Shown in pieces: positions 52,552-64,000 of a DNA stretch of 64,000 nucleotides. The stretch covers positions 57,970,001 through 58,034,000 of the forward strand of contig OZ024745.1 in assembly GCA_964016885.1 (NCBI GenBank). The letters run 5' to 3'. The first letter of the stretch is position 1, and each line of letters starts with the position of its first letter. The notes under the pieces were generated by a model, which had not been told where the DNA came from, ran no database searches, and saw nothing but the letters and a program-made list of their open reading frames with translations. The DNA comes from Eledone cirrhosa. Its lineage: Eukaryota. The position numbers and the translations under genes were made by a program.

Positions 52552-55500
52552 CTACAGGCTGATATAGAGAGAAGGCCCATTCACTCGGGCTATTCTCGCC
52601 ACTTTCACCCACCTTTCATAAAACTTGCTGGGGTACAGCACCTCTCTCTCCATCCTGATTCTTCTTCCAAAATGGTAGTTGTAAAAAAGAATCAGTTGTT
52701 GGCCGGAGAGAAAGGTGTCTGACCTCAGCCCTTTCAAACATGTCCACCATACAACCTCTTTCGCCATAGCTATCACACAAAGGAAAACCGCCTCTCCTTC
52801 GTTTTTGAAGGAGGGTGACGGTTTGATCATGACAATGGACTCGGTGGTCAACTGGATTGGTCCCACCCGCGACAATAGTCGTTCTACATAGCCCCACAGG
52901 TCAGTGACGCCCGGGCAGTGTATGAATGCGTGCGCAACGGTTTCTTCGACTCGCATGCACCTCGGACAGATCTTTTTTGCAGGGTCCCTGCCCGGGCGCC
53001 CATGTCTGTAGAGCTTGTCTCGAACTGATAGAGCTCCTCGGTAGCACTGCCATGCCAGGGACATTTGGAAGTTGTCCATCGGTCCCGGGCGGAAGGTCCT
53101 ACCGAACAGACTGGCCAGTTCATCTTCCTCTACGACTAGAGTTTCACCGAGCGCGTCGTCGCACTTGCTGCGGACCAACTCTCTATAGAATGACGAAGTG
53201 GAGTCTCCACTGATCGCCGGGTCCGCCTTCCAGAGGGCTGTGAGCGCCTGAGCACATTCCATGTGCCAGTCGCCCATTTTCCTCGGTCTTTGCTTGACCC
53301 AGGACTGCAGCTCGGTCGGCGAGACGAGTCGTGGGAAGGCTCGCTTCACGAACGGGGCCCACACCGGTTGTCCGGTGAGGAATACGTAGAGATGCCGCAG
53401 CCTGAGCGCGTGTTTGCGCATCGTCAACCACGGCATCCCCAGCCCTCCGTTAGAAGGGTGTTGGCAGCAGATGGATCTTCTTACCAAAGGAGCCCGCCTC
53501 TTCCAAAGGAATCGGAAGAGGGCGCGCTCCATTTTGGCGAGCGTTTTGGCTGGACAAGGCACGACGGTCAAGCGGTAGTAGATGGCGGACGCTATAAAAG
53601 TGTTCGCCACCTCCGCTCGACCTTTCAAGGATAGTTTGCACTCGGCCCACTTCTGGGTGAGTGCAAACACCTTGGCCGTCACTTCGTTCCAGTTCTTCTC
53701 CACCTGGAGGTCCGGACCAAACCAGACCCCGAGCAGCTTTACCGGTCCTTCCGTCCAGCGTCCGACGACGCCATCGGAAGGCATCGGTCTGCCTCTCCAC
53801 GATCCGAGTTGCAAACCGATGGACTTGTCCCGGTTCAGCTTCGCTCCTGTGAGACTTTCGTATTCCTTTAGTAAGGTGCCGACTTCCTCGATTTGCGAGG
53901 CGCTCGACACCATTACTGTCACGTCGTCGGCGTAGGCCGACGCCGCTTTCCGCAGTCCCGGTTCCAGAGGGATGCCCTGCAATAGCTCCAGCTTCCGCAG
54001 TAGTGGCTCGAGAGTCAGTACGTACAGAAGGGAGGAGAGAGGGCATCCCTGTCGAATGGATCGCGTAATATGGAACGGCTCCGAGAGGTAACCGTTCACC
54101 TTGACCCTTGAGCAGATGTTGCTGTTGTGCATTGCAGCAATCCAGCCCCTGAACACGGGTCCGAAGCCTGCCGCCTCGAGCACCACATCCAGGTAACGAT
54201 GGTCAACCCTATCGAAAGCCTTAGACTGATCCAAGTTGATCAGGGCCCCACCGAAGCCGGGTTTACACCCTACCCTCTCTATGATGTATCGCATGAGGTG
54301 GAGGTTGTCGTGTATGGACCTGGTCGGGATCGCGCATGTCTGCGCTTCTCCCACCAGGTTCTCGACGACAAGCGCCAGCCTCTTTGCCAACACCTTGGCC
54401 AAAATCTGTAACTCTGTGTTTAGCAGAGTTATGGGCCGGAAGTTGCCTATGTCATCCCCCTTATTCTCGTCCTTCCTGATTAGTGTGACCACGCCCCCGG
54501 TTACAGAACTGGGAATTCTCCCGTTCTGTTGCCAGTTGCAGTAGACCGCTTCCAGGAGACCGGAGAATAAGTCCGGCATTGCTACGTAAAATTCGTAGGG
54601 TAGACCGTCGAGACCTGGAGATTTGCGTTTGCCGCATTGGCTCAGCGCGTCCCCTATCTCAGTGGCTGAAATCGGCTTTTCGCAGAACTTCGCCTCACTG
54701 TCCGAGAGTCGCGGTAGGCCGTCGAGGTATGGACCGAAATCCATAGCCTCTCCCGGCGCGCCGCTCCCCCCGAACAGCCGAGCAAAGTGCCGCTGAAAAG
54801 CCGCACACATCTGCTTCGGCTCACGTATCACGCGTCCGTTTTGGTCCTTCAAAGACCGAATCGTGGACTTGTTGCCACTTTTTGCCTCCGTCACCCGGGC
54901 CCAGCTAACAGCTTTGGCTCCCTCGTTTCCCAGAGCACGTATTTTGCTTCTGACAACGCAGCCCTCGTGCTTTGCGTCGAAGAACTGGTCCAAGGCCGTT
55001 CTCGTTGCTAGCACGCTGGCTACGTTGCCACTTCTAATTGCCTCTTCTACTTTATCTACCAGTTCCTTCTCGGTTCTATTTCTATCTAACGCTAATTCTT
55101 TACTAAAAACTATCGAGTCTAATCTAACTGCCCTCTTGAGAGAGTACCACCATCTGTTGTTGACAATGGCCCCTGTCAAGTGCTGTTTAACTAAAGTGCT
55201 AATCCGTCTACTGTAGGCTTTGCTTGTCGGTAACGACAAGTTCAGCTTCCAGTAGCCGGGTCATTGTCTATGGGTTCTATCAAGGTTGGCCATGCAGGTC
55301 ACTAGTTTGTGATCTGAATAGGCAACCATGAACATTTGTGGACAGCTTAACATGTCCCTATCCTTATTTCTAACTAGAACCCTATCTAGGTACGATCTAG
55401 ATGTTCCGCTACGATTACTCCACGTCCACATTGGCGCAGTCGGAAAATCTAGTCGATATCTATCGGCCAGGTCAAATCGGTCGATTAACTGTTTGAGGCT

Positions 55501-55989
55501 GTTACACCCCCCTTTGTCGGGACATGCTCCCACATAGTCCCAACGTGCATCTAGGATTCCATTCCAGTCCCCCACTAAAAGCAAGGAGCGGGACGTTCCC
55601 AGAAAAGTCTCTAGACGTTTGAAGAAGTCTGGCCGCGGTGTCCCGGATGGGGCATATGCGGCCACCAGCCTGAAGGCTCCACCTTCACTACCGTCAACGT
55701 CTAGGACCACCAGTCGACCCTCCGGGTCCAGATGTACCGTCTGTGTTACGAGGCCCAGGTGTTTCCGCAGCAAAACGGCAACTCCGCCCCCACCCCCCGG
55801 TTGACAGAGAGATGCGTAGATTTCAAAGTCATCGAAGATGGGGGCCAGCTGTCGCTCGCCGTGGATCCTGGACTCGCAAATGGCTACCACATCCAAACTG
55901 TGTGACCTGAGGTCGTTTAAGAGTTTGCCCTGTTTGCAGGGCATCCCCAGGCCGCGTACGTTCACACATCCAACTCTTATATTGGCCAT
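52552..55989 (-). pseudogene. B2 ORF2 (1145 codons) with one in-frame nonsense codon
   Basis: THRQ*PGYWKLN at 55261-55263 (Gly in the other copies); the 242-aa and 895-aa ORFs share one frame; all APE/RT/ZnF motifs present. Confidence 0.93.
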
Positions 55990-56022
55990 GTTGGTGCTGA
56001 AAAGTTAAAAGAGGAAAAGAGA

Positions 56023-57939
56023 TCACTCACCCTTCGCCTCCTGGGGACCAGGCCGCACGATTTCCATGGGGGTGTTGGAGGGGTTGTCTGGATGGGTGGT
56101 GGTTTCCGGCGGGGTGGGGACGCAGATGTTTGGTGGGGTGGGGTCTGGTGGAATGGGGGTGTCTGGGGTGGGGAGGTATTTGAGAAGGACGCGGTTGAGT
56201 GGTTTCACGCAGGAATTCCCCACATCCTTCTCAAATGTTTCTTTTAGGGACCTATAAGTTTGTATAGGGACCCTAATCAGTTTTAGGTTCATTTTTTTGC
56301 TATTTTTTATAGAGTGGGCGAAAGTTTTCCCTTCGTTGAAAACCGAAGGGTCATTCGTAATGGTCTCCATTAGTGTTTTGTTTTCAGTGTTTATGTAAGT
56401 GTAAGTGTAATTTTCTTGTGTTGTGTTTGTTTTTGTCTGTAGTTCTTGTGTGTGCTTTCGTTTTGTTGTAGGTATTTTGTTTTCAGGAGGTGGGGGTTTT
56501 GTTTGTGATATTTTTGTTGTTTGTGTTGGTGGTTGTATGTTTGTGGTAGTGTTTGCTGGTTTTTTGCTTTTGTGATGTCTTTTCTTTCTTTTCGAGCGAT
56601 GGGGTTCTCCCTCGTCTTCACTGGGTGATGGCGAGATAGCCTCATCTGTTGTATCGTCTGTGTGATTGGGGAGGGGTATGTCTTGGGGAGCTGTTGTGTC
56701 TGTATGTGATTTTGCAGTGGTTTTAGGTGGAGTGAGGTTGGGTGGGACTGTGTTTGTTGTGGTTATTTTTGTGTGTTGGTGTTGTTGTTGTAGTGGTGGT
56801 GTTGGTGGTTGTGTTGTTTTGATGGGTGTTGGCAGAAGAGCCTTTTTTTGGTTCATTAGTTTAGGACAGGAAGCCCTCAGGTGACCCCTGCTAAAGCAAT
56901 GGTAACATGAAGGCCGCCTACCCTCAACCGAAAGGTTTATGTAGGTAAGTCCGTCCAGGAGTACACGCTGTGGGATCATAGCTATTCGCTCTGGGCTCAT
57001 TTGCACCAGAACTTCAATGCTAGTCCCATTGAATACATCTCTGGGGGACTTGCCTACTGACAGTATTCTGTCTTCATCAAAATTGATGAAGCCGCACAGT
57101 ATCCACCATATGTTCACCTTTGGTGTGACACTTGTGATTCTGATCTTTTGTGTCCTTTTTCCCATGTATGTAGGGAAAAAGGTGTACAGGTTGGATACAA
57201 TTGGCGACACAGAGTAATTTTGGGCCGTCAATTGATCCTTCATCAGTACCGAAATACTCCCAAAATGTTTGCTTCTTTGAATGAATGCAATATCATTCAT
57301 TGAATCTTTGAAAACCAGTTCAATATCTTTCTGTGACAATTGGACTGGTTTTCGGGTAGAATTGGAAACTGTCCTAAAAACTATCGTTTTGAGAGCAGTT
57401 TCCTTGCGAATTTCTACCGGAGAATTGATGCTGAAAGCACCATTTTTTTCGAAGGTGACATATCTCTTAGCGTCCTTTAAAAGGTGTTCAGCATTTGTTA
57501 TGTCGAGATATATCAATTGTTCTTTCTTTTGAACTTTCTCCGCAAAGGAGATTTTTGGTTTCTTTGTGGAATCCGTATTGGTGGTGTTGTCATTATTGTT
57601 GTTATTCTTGTTGTTATTCTTGTTGTCACCGATGTTGGTATCATCCGTATTTTCCTTGGTGTTGTTGTTGTCTTTGATGCTGGTGTTATTGGCGTTGTCT
57701 TTATTTTTTTCTTTGTTGTTGTTATCATTGTTGCTTTTATCATCATTATTGGTTTTGCTGTTATTTTTGTTGTCATTGAGCTGTTTGGTGTCATTTGTGT
57801 TGTTTGGATGTGAATTCGTTTTTTTATTTTCATTTTGTCTTTCCATCTCTATAGTATCTAGTGAAGAAGACGTTGTTGACTGCGAGCTTTGTAGTCTTAC
57901 CGCCTCTCCACCACCATTATCGTTGGACGCAGCGTTCAT
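56023..57939 (-). CDS. B2 ORF1, intact 638-aa gag-like zinc knuckle protein
   Basis: Asn-rich N-terminus, SFAEKV, CYHCFSRGHLRASC, Pro/Thr-rich linker, conserved YTYIN...KPLNRVLLK C-terminal block. Confidence 0.92.
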   Translation of the reverse strand: MNAASNDNGGGEAVRLQSSQSTTSSSLDTIEMERQNENKKTNSHPNNTNDTKQLNDNKNNSKTNNDDKSNNDNNNKEKNKDNANNTSIKDNNNTKENTDDTNIGDNKNNNKNNNNNDNTTNTDSTKKPKISFAEKVQKKEQLIYLDITNAEHLLKDAKRYVTFEKNGAFSINSPVEIRKETALKTIVFRTVSNSTRKPVQLSQKDIELVFKDSMNDIAFIQRSKHFGSISVLMKDQLTAQNYSVSPIVSNLYTFFPTYMGKRTQKIRITSVTPKVNIWWILCGFINFDEDRILSVGKSPRDVFNGTSIEVLVQMSPERIAMIPQRVLLDGLTYINLSVEGRRPSCYHCFSRGHLRASCPKLMNQKKALLPTPIKTTQPPTPPLQQQHQHTKITTTNTVPPNLTPPKTTAKSHTDTTAPQDIPLPNHTDDTTDEAISPSPSEDEGEPHRSKRKKRHHKSKKPANTTTNIQPPTQTTKISQTKPPPPENKIPTTKRKHTQELQTKTNTTQENYTYTYINTENKTLMETITNDPSVFNEGKTFAHSIKNSKKMNLKLIRVPIQTYRSLKETFEKDVGNSCVKPLNRVLLKYLPTPDTPIPPDPTPPNICVPTPPETTTHPDNPSNTPMEIVRPGPQEAKGE

Positions 57940-58165
57940 AACGTAATCAAAATTTTACAATATTTTTTCCAAGATTCGATGGAGAAAAATTATTTTAAAT
58001 GGATATTCCGCCCCTGAAGGGGCGAAAATGAGTTGACCCACCACCTGAAGGTCCAGACGGGTGGTCAAGTTACACAATGATATAAAATTGAACTAAAAAC
58101 TCACGTTTTTTCCTTACATAAATTAACGGGAAACTTCTCCGCGAAGTGACACACGACTGATAGAG

Positions 58166-58199
<34 letters not shown>

Positions 58200-58200
58200 T

Positions 58201-58270
<70 letters not shown>

Positions 58271-58272
58271 TG

Positions 58273-60884
58273 TTTCTTTATTAGCCACAGGGGCACAAAA
58301 GAATGGATCGTGTGATATGGAACGGCTCCGACAGGTAGCCGTTCACCTTGATCCTTGAGCAGATGTTGCTGTTGTGCATTGCAGCAATCCAGCCCCTGAA
58401 CACGGGTCCGGAGCCTGCCGCCTCGAGCACCGCATCCAGGTAACGATGGTCAACCCTATCGAAAGCCTTAGACTGATCCAAGTTGATCAGGGCCCCACCG
58501 AAGCCTGGTTTACACCCTACCCTCTCTATGATGTATCGCATGAGGTGGAGGTTGTCATGTATGGACCTGGTCGGGATTGCGCATGTCTGCGCTTCTCCCA
58601 CCAGGTTCTCGACGACAAGCGCCAGCCTCTTTGCCAACACCTTGGCCAAAATCTGTAACTCTGTGTTTAGCTGAGTTATGGGCCGGAGGTTGCCTATGTC
58701 ATCTCCCTTATTCTTGTCCTTCCTGTTCACACATCCAACTCTTATATTGGCCATGTTGGTGCTGAAATTTAAAAGAGGAAAAGAGATCACTCACCCTTCG
58801 CCTCCTGGGGACCAGGCCGCACTATTTCCATGGGGGTGTTGGAGGGGTTGTCTGGATGGGTGGTGGTTTCCGGCGGGGTGGGGACGCAGATGTTTGGTTG
58901 GGTGGGGTCTGGTGGGATGGGGATGTCTGGAGTGGGGAGACATTTGAGAAGGACGCGGTTGAGTGGTTTCACGCAGGAATTCCCCACATCCTTCTCAAAT
59001 GTTTCTTTTAGGGACCTATAAGTTTGTATAGGGACCCTAATCAGTTTTAGGTTCAGTTTTTTGCTATTTTTTATAGAGTGGGCGAAAGTTTTCCCTTCGG
59101 TTTTCACCGAAGGGTCGTTCGTGATGGTCTCCATTAGTGTTTTGTTTTCAGTGCTTATGTAAGTGTAAGTGTAATTTTCTTGTGTTGTGTTTGTTTTTGT
59201 CTGTAGTTCTTGTGTGTGCTTTCGTTTTGTTGTAGGTATTTTGTTTTCAGGAGGTGGGGGTTTTGTTTGTGATATTTTTGTTGTTTGTGTTGGTGGTTGT
59301 ATGTTTGTGGTAGTGTTTGCTGGTTTTTTGCTTTTGTGATGTCTTTTCTTTCTTTTCCAGCGATGGGGTTCTCCCTCGTCTTCACTGGGTGATGGCGAGA
59401 TAGCCTCATCTGTTGTATCGTCTGTGTGATTGGGGAGGGGTATGTCTTGGGGAGCTGTTGTGTCTGTATGTGATTTTGCAGTGGTTTTAGGTGGAGTGGG
59501 GTTGGGTGGGACTGTGTTTGTTGTGGTTATTTTTGTGTGTTGGTGTTGTTGTTGTGGTGGTGTTGGTGGTTGTGTTGTTTTGATGGGTGTCGGCAGAAGA
59601 GCCTTTTTTTGGAGGACAGGAAGCCCTCAGGTGACCCCTGCTAAAGCAATGGTAACATGAAGGCCGCCTACCCTCAACCGAAAGGTTTATGTAGGTAAGT
59701 CCGTCCAGGAGTACACGCTGTGGGATCATTTGCACTAGAACTTCAATGCTAGTCCCATTGAATACATCTCTGGGGGACTTTCCTACTGACAGTATTCTGT
59801 CTTCATCAAAATTGATGAAGCCGCACAGTATCCACCATATGTTCACCTTTGGTGTGACACTTGTGATTCTGATCTTTTGTGTCCTTTTTCCCATGTATGT
59901 AGGGAAAAGGGTGTACAGGTTGGATACAATTGGCGACACAGAGTAATTTTGTGCCGTCAATTGATCCTTCATCAGTACCGAAATACTCCCAAAAAGTTTG
60001 CTTCTTTGAATGAATGCAATATCATTCATTGAATCTTTGAAAACCAGTTCAATATCTTTCTGTGACAATTGGACTGGTTTTCTGGTAGAATTGGAAACTG
60101 TCCTAAAAACTATCGTTTTGGGAGCAGTTTCCTTGCGAATTTCTACCGGAGAATTGATGCTGAAAGCACCATTTTTTTCGAAGGTGACATATCTCTTAGC
60201 GTCCTTTAAAAGGTGTTCAGCATTTGTTATGTCGAGATATATCAATTGTTCTTTCTTTTGAACTTTCTCCGCAAAGGAGATTTTTGGTTTCTTTGTGGAA
60301 TCCGTATTGGTGGTGTTGTCATTATTGTTGTTATTTTTGTTGTTATTCTTGTTGTCACCGATGTTGGTATCATCCGTATTTTCCTTGGTGTTGTTGTTGT
60401 CTTTGATGCTGGTGTTATTGGCGTTGTCTTTATTTTTTTCTTTGTTGTTGTTATCATGTTGCTTTTATCATCATTATTGGTTTTGCTGTTATTTTTGTTG
60501 TCATTGAGCTGTTTGGTGTCATTTGTGTTGTTTGGATGTGAATTCGTTTTTTTATTTTCATTTTGTCCTTCCATCTCTATAGTATCTAGTGAAGAAGACG
60601 TTGTTGACTGCGAGCTTTGTAGTCTTACCGCCTCTCCACCACCATTATCGTTGGACGCAGCGTTCATAATTTAATCAAAATTTTACAATATTTTTTCCAA
60701 GATTCGATGGAGAAAATTTTTTTAAATGGAAATTCCGCTCCTGAAGGGGCGAAAATGAGTTGACCCACCACCTGAAGGTCCAGACGGGTGGTCAAGTTAC
60801 ACAATGATGTACAATTTAACTAAAAACTCACGTTTTTTTCTTACATAAATTAACGGAAACTTCTCCGCGAAGTGACACACGACT
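58273..60884 (-). mobile_element. Family B copy 3 with both termini but two large ORF2 deletions
   Basis: Junctions at ~58724/58725 (GCVN|RKDKNKG) and ~58301 (ITRSI joined to the last ~30 nt of the 3' UTR); (GATA)n on both sides. Confidence 0.92.
58787..60667 (-). pseudogene. B3 ORF1, frameshifted
   Basis: Pieces colinear with B2 ORF1. Confidence 0.87.
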
Positions 60885-60891
60885 GATAGAG

Positions 60892-60925
<34 letters not shown>

Positions 60926-60926
60926 G

Positions 60927-63900
60927 TTTCTTTTATTTGCCACTAGGGCATCAAAAGTGGGACAAGTACAAAGGGGGGAGTTTACACAAAAAGGCGTCCT
61001 CAATAAGGAGGAGGCAATAACAAAATATAAAAATAAAATAAGATATAACAAAAATAAAATTTTTAACAAAATCCTCAATAGAGAGGAGGCGCCTTGGGGG
61101 GTCGCACACACCCCCGAAAAAAGTGTGCAACCCTTTTCCTCAGGAGCACAGAGAGGGGGTGCTCCCTCGTTCCTTCCTCTTTTCCACCTACAGGCTTATG
61201 TAAAGAGAAGGCCCATTCACACGGGCCATTCTCGCCACTTTCACCCACCTTTCATAAAAACGACTGGGGTGCAGCACCTCTCTCTCCATCCTGATCCTTC
61301 TTCCGAAATGATATCGGAAGAAACGGACCAGTTGTTGGCCAGAGAGAAAGGTGCCTGACCTCAGTCCTTTCAGACGCGTCCACCATACAACCTCTTTCGC
61401 CATGGCTATTACGCACAGAAACACCGCCTCTGCTTCATCTTTGAAGGGGGGAGGCGGCTTGATCATTACAATAGACTCGGTGGTCAACCGGATCGGTCCC
61501 ACCCTTGACAGCAGTTGTTCGACATAGCCCCACAGATCGGCTACGCCCGAGCAGTGTACCAATGCGTGTGCAACGGTTTCCTCGTCGCACACGCATCTGG
61601 GACAGATCTTTTTGGCGGGGTCCCTACCCGGGCGCCCGTGTCTGTAGAGCCTTTCTCGAACGGGTAAAGCCCCTCGGTAGCACTGCCAGGCCAGGGACTT
61701 CTGGAAGTTGTCCATAGGTCCCGGGCTGAATGTCCTACCGAACAGGCTGGCCAGTTCGTCCTCCTCCATGTCTAGGGCTTCTCCGAGGGCGTCGTCGCAC
61801 CTGCTGCGTACCAGCCCTCTATAGAATGTTGCGGTGGAGTCTCCACTGATAACCGGATCCGCCTGCCAGAGGGCGGTGAGCGCCTGGGCACACTCAGTGT
61901 GCCAGGCGCCCAGTTTTCTCGGTCTTTGCTTGACCCAGGATTGCAGCTCGGTGAGTGAGACGAGTCTGGGAAAGGTTCGTCTCACAAACGAGGCCCACAC
62001 CGGTTGTCCGGTGAGGAATACGTAGAGGTGCCGTAGCCTTAATGCGTGTTTACGCATCATTAGCCACGGCATCCCCAGCCCTCCTTTCGAAGGGTGTTGA
62101 CAGCAGATGGATCTCCTCACCATAGGAGCCCGCCCCTTCCAAAGGAATTGGAAGAGCGCGCGCTCCATCTTGGTGAGGGTTTCCCTTGGGCAGGGCACTA
62201 CGGTCAGGCGGTAGTAGATGACGGACGCTATATAAGTGTTCGCCACCTCCGCCCGACCTTTCAGGGATAGTTTGCAACTGGCCCACTTCTGGGTCAGTGC
62301 AAACACCCTGTTCGTAACCTCCGCCCAGTTTTTCTCCACCTGGAGGTCCGGTCCGAACCAGACCCCGAGCAACTTCACCGGGCCCTCCGTCCAGCGTCCG
62401 ACGACGCCATCGGAGGGCATCGGTCTGCCCCTCCACGTGCCGAGTTGCAAACCGATCGACTTGTCCCGGTTCAGCTTAGCCCCTGTGAACTTTTCGTACT
62501 CCTCCAGTAAGTTGCCGACCGCCTCGATTTCGGAGGCCGTCGACACCATTACTGTCACATCATCGGCGTAGGCCGACACCGCTTTCCGCAATCCCGGTTC
62601 CAAAGGGATGCCCTGCAACAACTCCAACTTCCGCAGTAGTGGCTCGAGAGTCAACACATACAGAAGGGAGGAGAGAGGGCACCCTTGTCGGATGGACCGC
62701 GCGATTTTGAACGGCTCCGAGAGGTAGCCGTTCACCTTGACCCTAGAGCAGATGCGGCTGCTGTGCATAGCAGTGATCCAGCCCCTGAAAACGGGTCCGA
62801 AGCCTGCCGCCGCTAGCACCGCATTCAGGTAACCATGGTCGACCCTATCGAACGCCTTAGATTGATCCAAGTTGATCAGAGCCCCACCAAAGCCGGGTTC
62901 GTTCCCAACCCTCTCTATGATGTATCGCATGAGGTGGAGGTTGTCATGGATGGACCTGGACGGGATAGCGCATGTCTGCGCATCTCCCACCAGGTTGCCC
63001 ACGACAAGCGCCAACCTCTTTGCTAGCACCTTGGCCAAAATCTGTAACTCTGTATTTAGCAGAGTTATGGGCCTGAAGTTACTTATTTCGTCCCCCTTGT
63101 TCTCGTCCTTCCTCACTAGCGTGACTACGCCCTTGGTCACAGTACAGGGAATTCTCCCGTTCTGTTGCCAGTTGCAGTAGACCGCCTCGAGGAGATCGGG
63201 GAACAAGTCCGGCATAGCTAGATATAATTCGTAAGGAAGACCATCGAGACCCGGGGATTTGCGTTTGCCGCATTGGCCCAGCACGTCCTCTATCTCAGCG
63301 GCCGAAATCGGCTCCTCGCAAGACTTCGCCTCCCTGTCCGAGAGGCGCGGCAGGCCGTCGAGGTATGGACCGAAGTCCACGTTTCCAACCGGCTCCCCGC
63401 CCCTCCCGAACAGTCGGGCAAAGTGCCTTTGAAAGGCCTCACACATCTGCTTAGGCTCAAGAATCGCCCGTCCATCCAGGTCTCGCAAAGACCGGATGGT
63501 GGATTTAGTTCCACTGTTGGCCTCTGTCACGCGGGCCCAGCTAACAGCTTTGGCCCCCTCGTTCCCTAGAGCACGTATTTTACTTCGGACAACGCAGCCT
63601 TCGTGCTTCGCGTCGAAAAACTGGCTCAAAGCCGTTCTCGACGCTAGCACTCTGGCCACGTCGCCGCTTCTAATTGCCTCTTCTACTCTATCTATTAGCT
63701 CCCTTTCCTTCCTATTCCTATCCGCAGCTAGAACCTTACTAAATTCAATCGAGACTACTCTAATCTCTCTCTTTAGAGATACCCACCACCTGCTGTTGAC
63801 GATCGCTCCAGTCAACCGTTCCTTAACTAACGTACTAATCCGATTCCTGTAGGCTCTACTTGCCGGCAAGGACAAGTTGAGCTTCCAGTAACCGGGGCCC

Positions 63901-64000
63901 TGTCTATGCGTTCTATCAAGGTTGACCATGCAGGTCACCAACTTGTGGTCTGAATAGCCAACCATGAGCATTTCTGGACAACTTAAAAAGTCCCTGTCCT
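60927..64000 (-). mobile_element. Family D element, 3' part (continues beyond the window)
   Basis: Distinct 3' UTR ending GCCCTAGTGGCAAATAAAAGAAA followed by (TATC)n at 60885-60926. Confidence 0.93.
61188..64000 (-). CDS. D ORF2 (end of APE, RT, ZnF), open throughout the window; 5' part lies outside
   Basis: SDH, KSPGLDG, QGCPLS, YADD, CPRC..HALVHC, GPSLYISL*. Confidence 0.94.
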   Translation of the reverse strand, partial: DRDFLSCPEMLMVGYSDHKLVTCMVNLDRTHRQGPGYWKLNLSLPASRAYRNRISTLVKERLTGAIVNSRWWVSLKREIRVVSIEFSKVLAADRNRKERELIDRVEEAIRSGDVARVLASRTALSQFFDAKHEGCVVRSKIRALGNEGAKAVSWARVTEANSGTKSTIRSLRDLDGRAILEPKQMCEAFQRHFARLFGRGGEPVGNVDFGPYLDGLPRLSDREAKSCEEPISAAEIEDVLGQCGKRKSPGLDGLPYELYLAMPDLFPDLLEAVYCNWQQNGRIPCTVTKGVVTLVRKDENKGDEISNFRPITLLNTELQILAKVLAKRLALVVGNLVGDAQTCAIPSRSIHDNLHLMRYIIERVGNEPGFGGALINLDQSKAFDRVDHGYLNAVLAAAGFGPVFRGWITAMHSSRICSRVKVNGYLSEPFKIARSIRQGCPLSSLLYVLTLEPLLRKLELLQGIPLEPGLRKAVSAYADDVTVMVSTASEIEAVGNLLEEYEKFTGAKLNRDKSIGLQLGTWRGRPMPSDGVVGRWTEGPVKLLGVWFGPDLQVEKNWAEVTNRVFALTQKWASCKLSLKGRAEVANTYIASVIYYRLTVVPCPRETLTKMERALFQFLWKGRAPMVRRSICCQHPSKGGLGMPWLMMRKHALRLRHLYVFLTGQPVWASFVRRTFPRLVSLTELQSWVKQRPRKLGAWHTECAQALTALWQADPVISGDSTATFYRGLVRSRCDDALGEALDMEEDELASLFGRTFSPGPMDNFQKSLAWQCYRGALPVRERLYRHGRPGRDPAKKICPRCVCDEETVAHALVHCSGVADLWGYVEQLLSRVGPIRLTTESIVMIKPPPPFKDEAEAVFLCVIAMAKEVVWWTRLKGLRSGTFLSGQQLVRFFRYHFGRRIRMEREVLHPSRFYERWVKVARMARVNGPSLYISL

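Larger units (their letters stand above)
52313..58158 (-). mobile_element. Full-length family B copy 2
   Basis: (GATA)n at 52292-52312 and 58159-58272; 5' end TC|AGTCGTGTGTCACTTCGCGGAGAAG. Confidence 0.96.

Overview
Repeat-dense, AT-rich eukaryotic DNA with no confidently identifiable host gene. The tRNA-derived SINEs, Helitron and microsatellite load suggest an Octopus-like cephalopod (inference). The window is dominated by two convergent head-to-tail arrays of two-ORF non-LTR retrotransposons of the L1/Tx1 group: 8643-31306 on + (families A-B-C-A plus three tiny 3' stubs) and 52292-64000 on - (D-B-B). Every element junction in view is a (TATC)n/(GATA)n tract and no element has a poly(A) tail, which points to microsatellite-specific integration. 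In families A, B and C a near-consensus 5' splice site overlaps the ORF1 stop, and in all four families the ORF2 stop lies in a pyrimidine tract-CTGTAG|G acceptor-like site. Joining them removes ORF2 precisely and, in A and B, recreates an immediate ORF1 stop, so ORF2 appears to be encoded inside an intron. The flanks carry several minimal Penelope-type hammerhead ribozyme motifs, a deleted mariner, a non-autonomous Helitron, SINEs, palindromes and a dimeric minisatellite. All calls were made by eye; no searches or folding programs were run.
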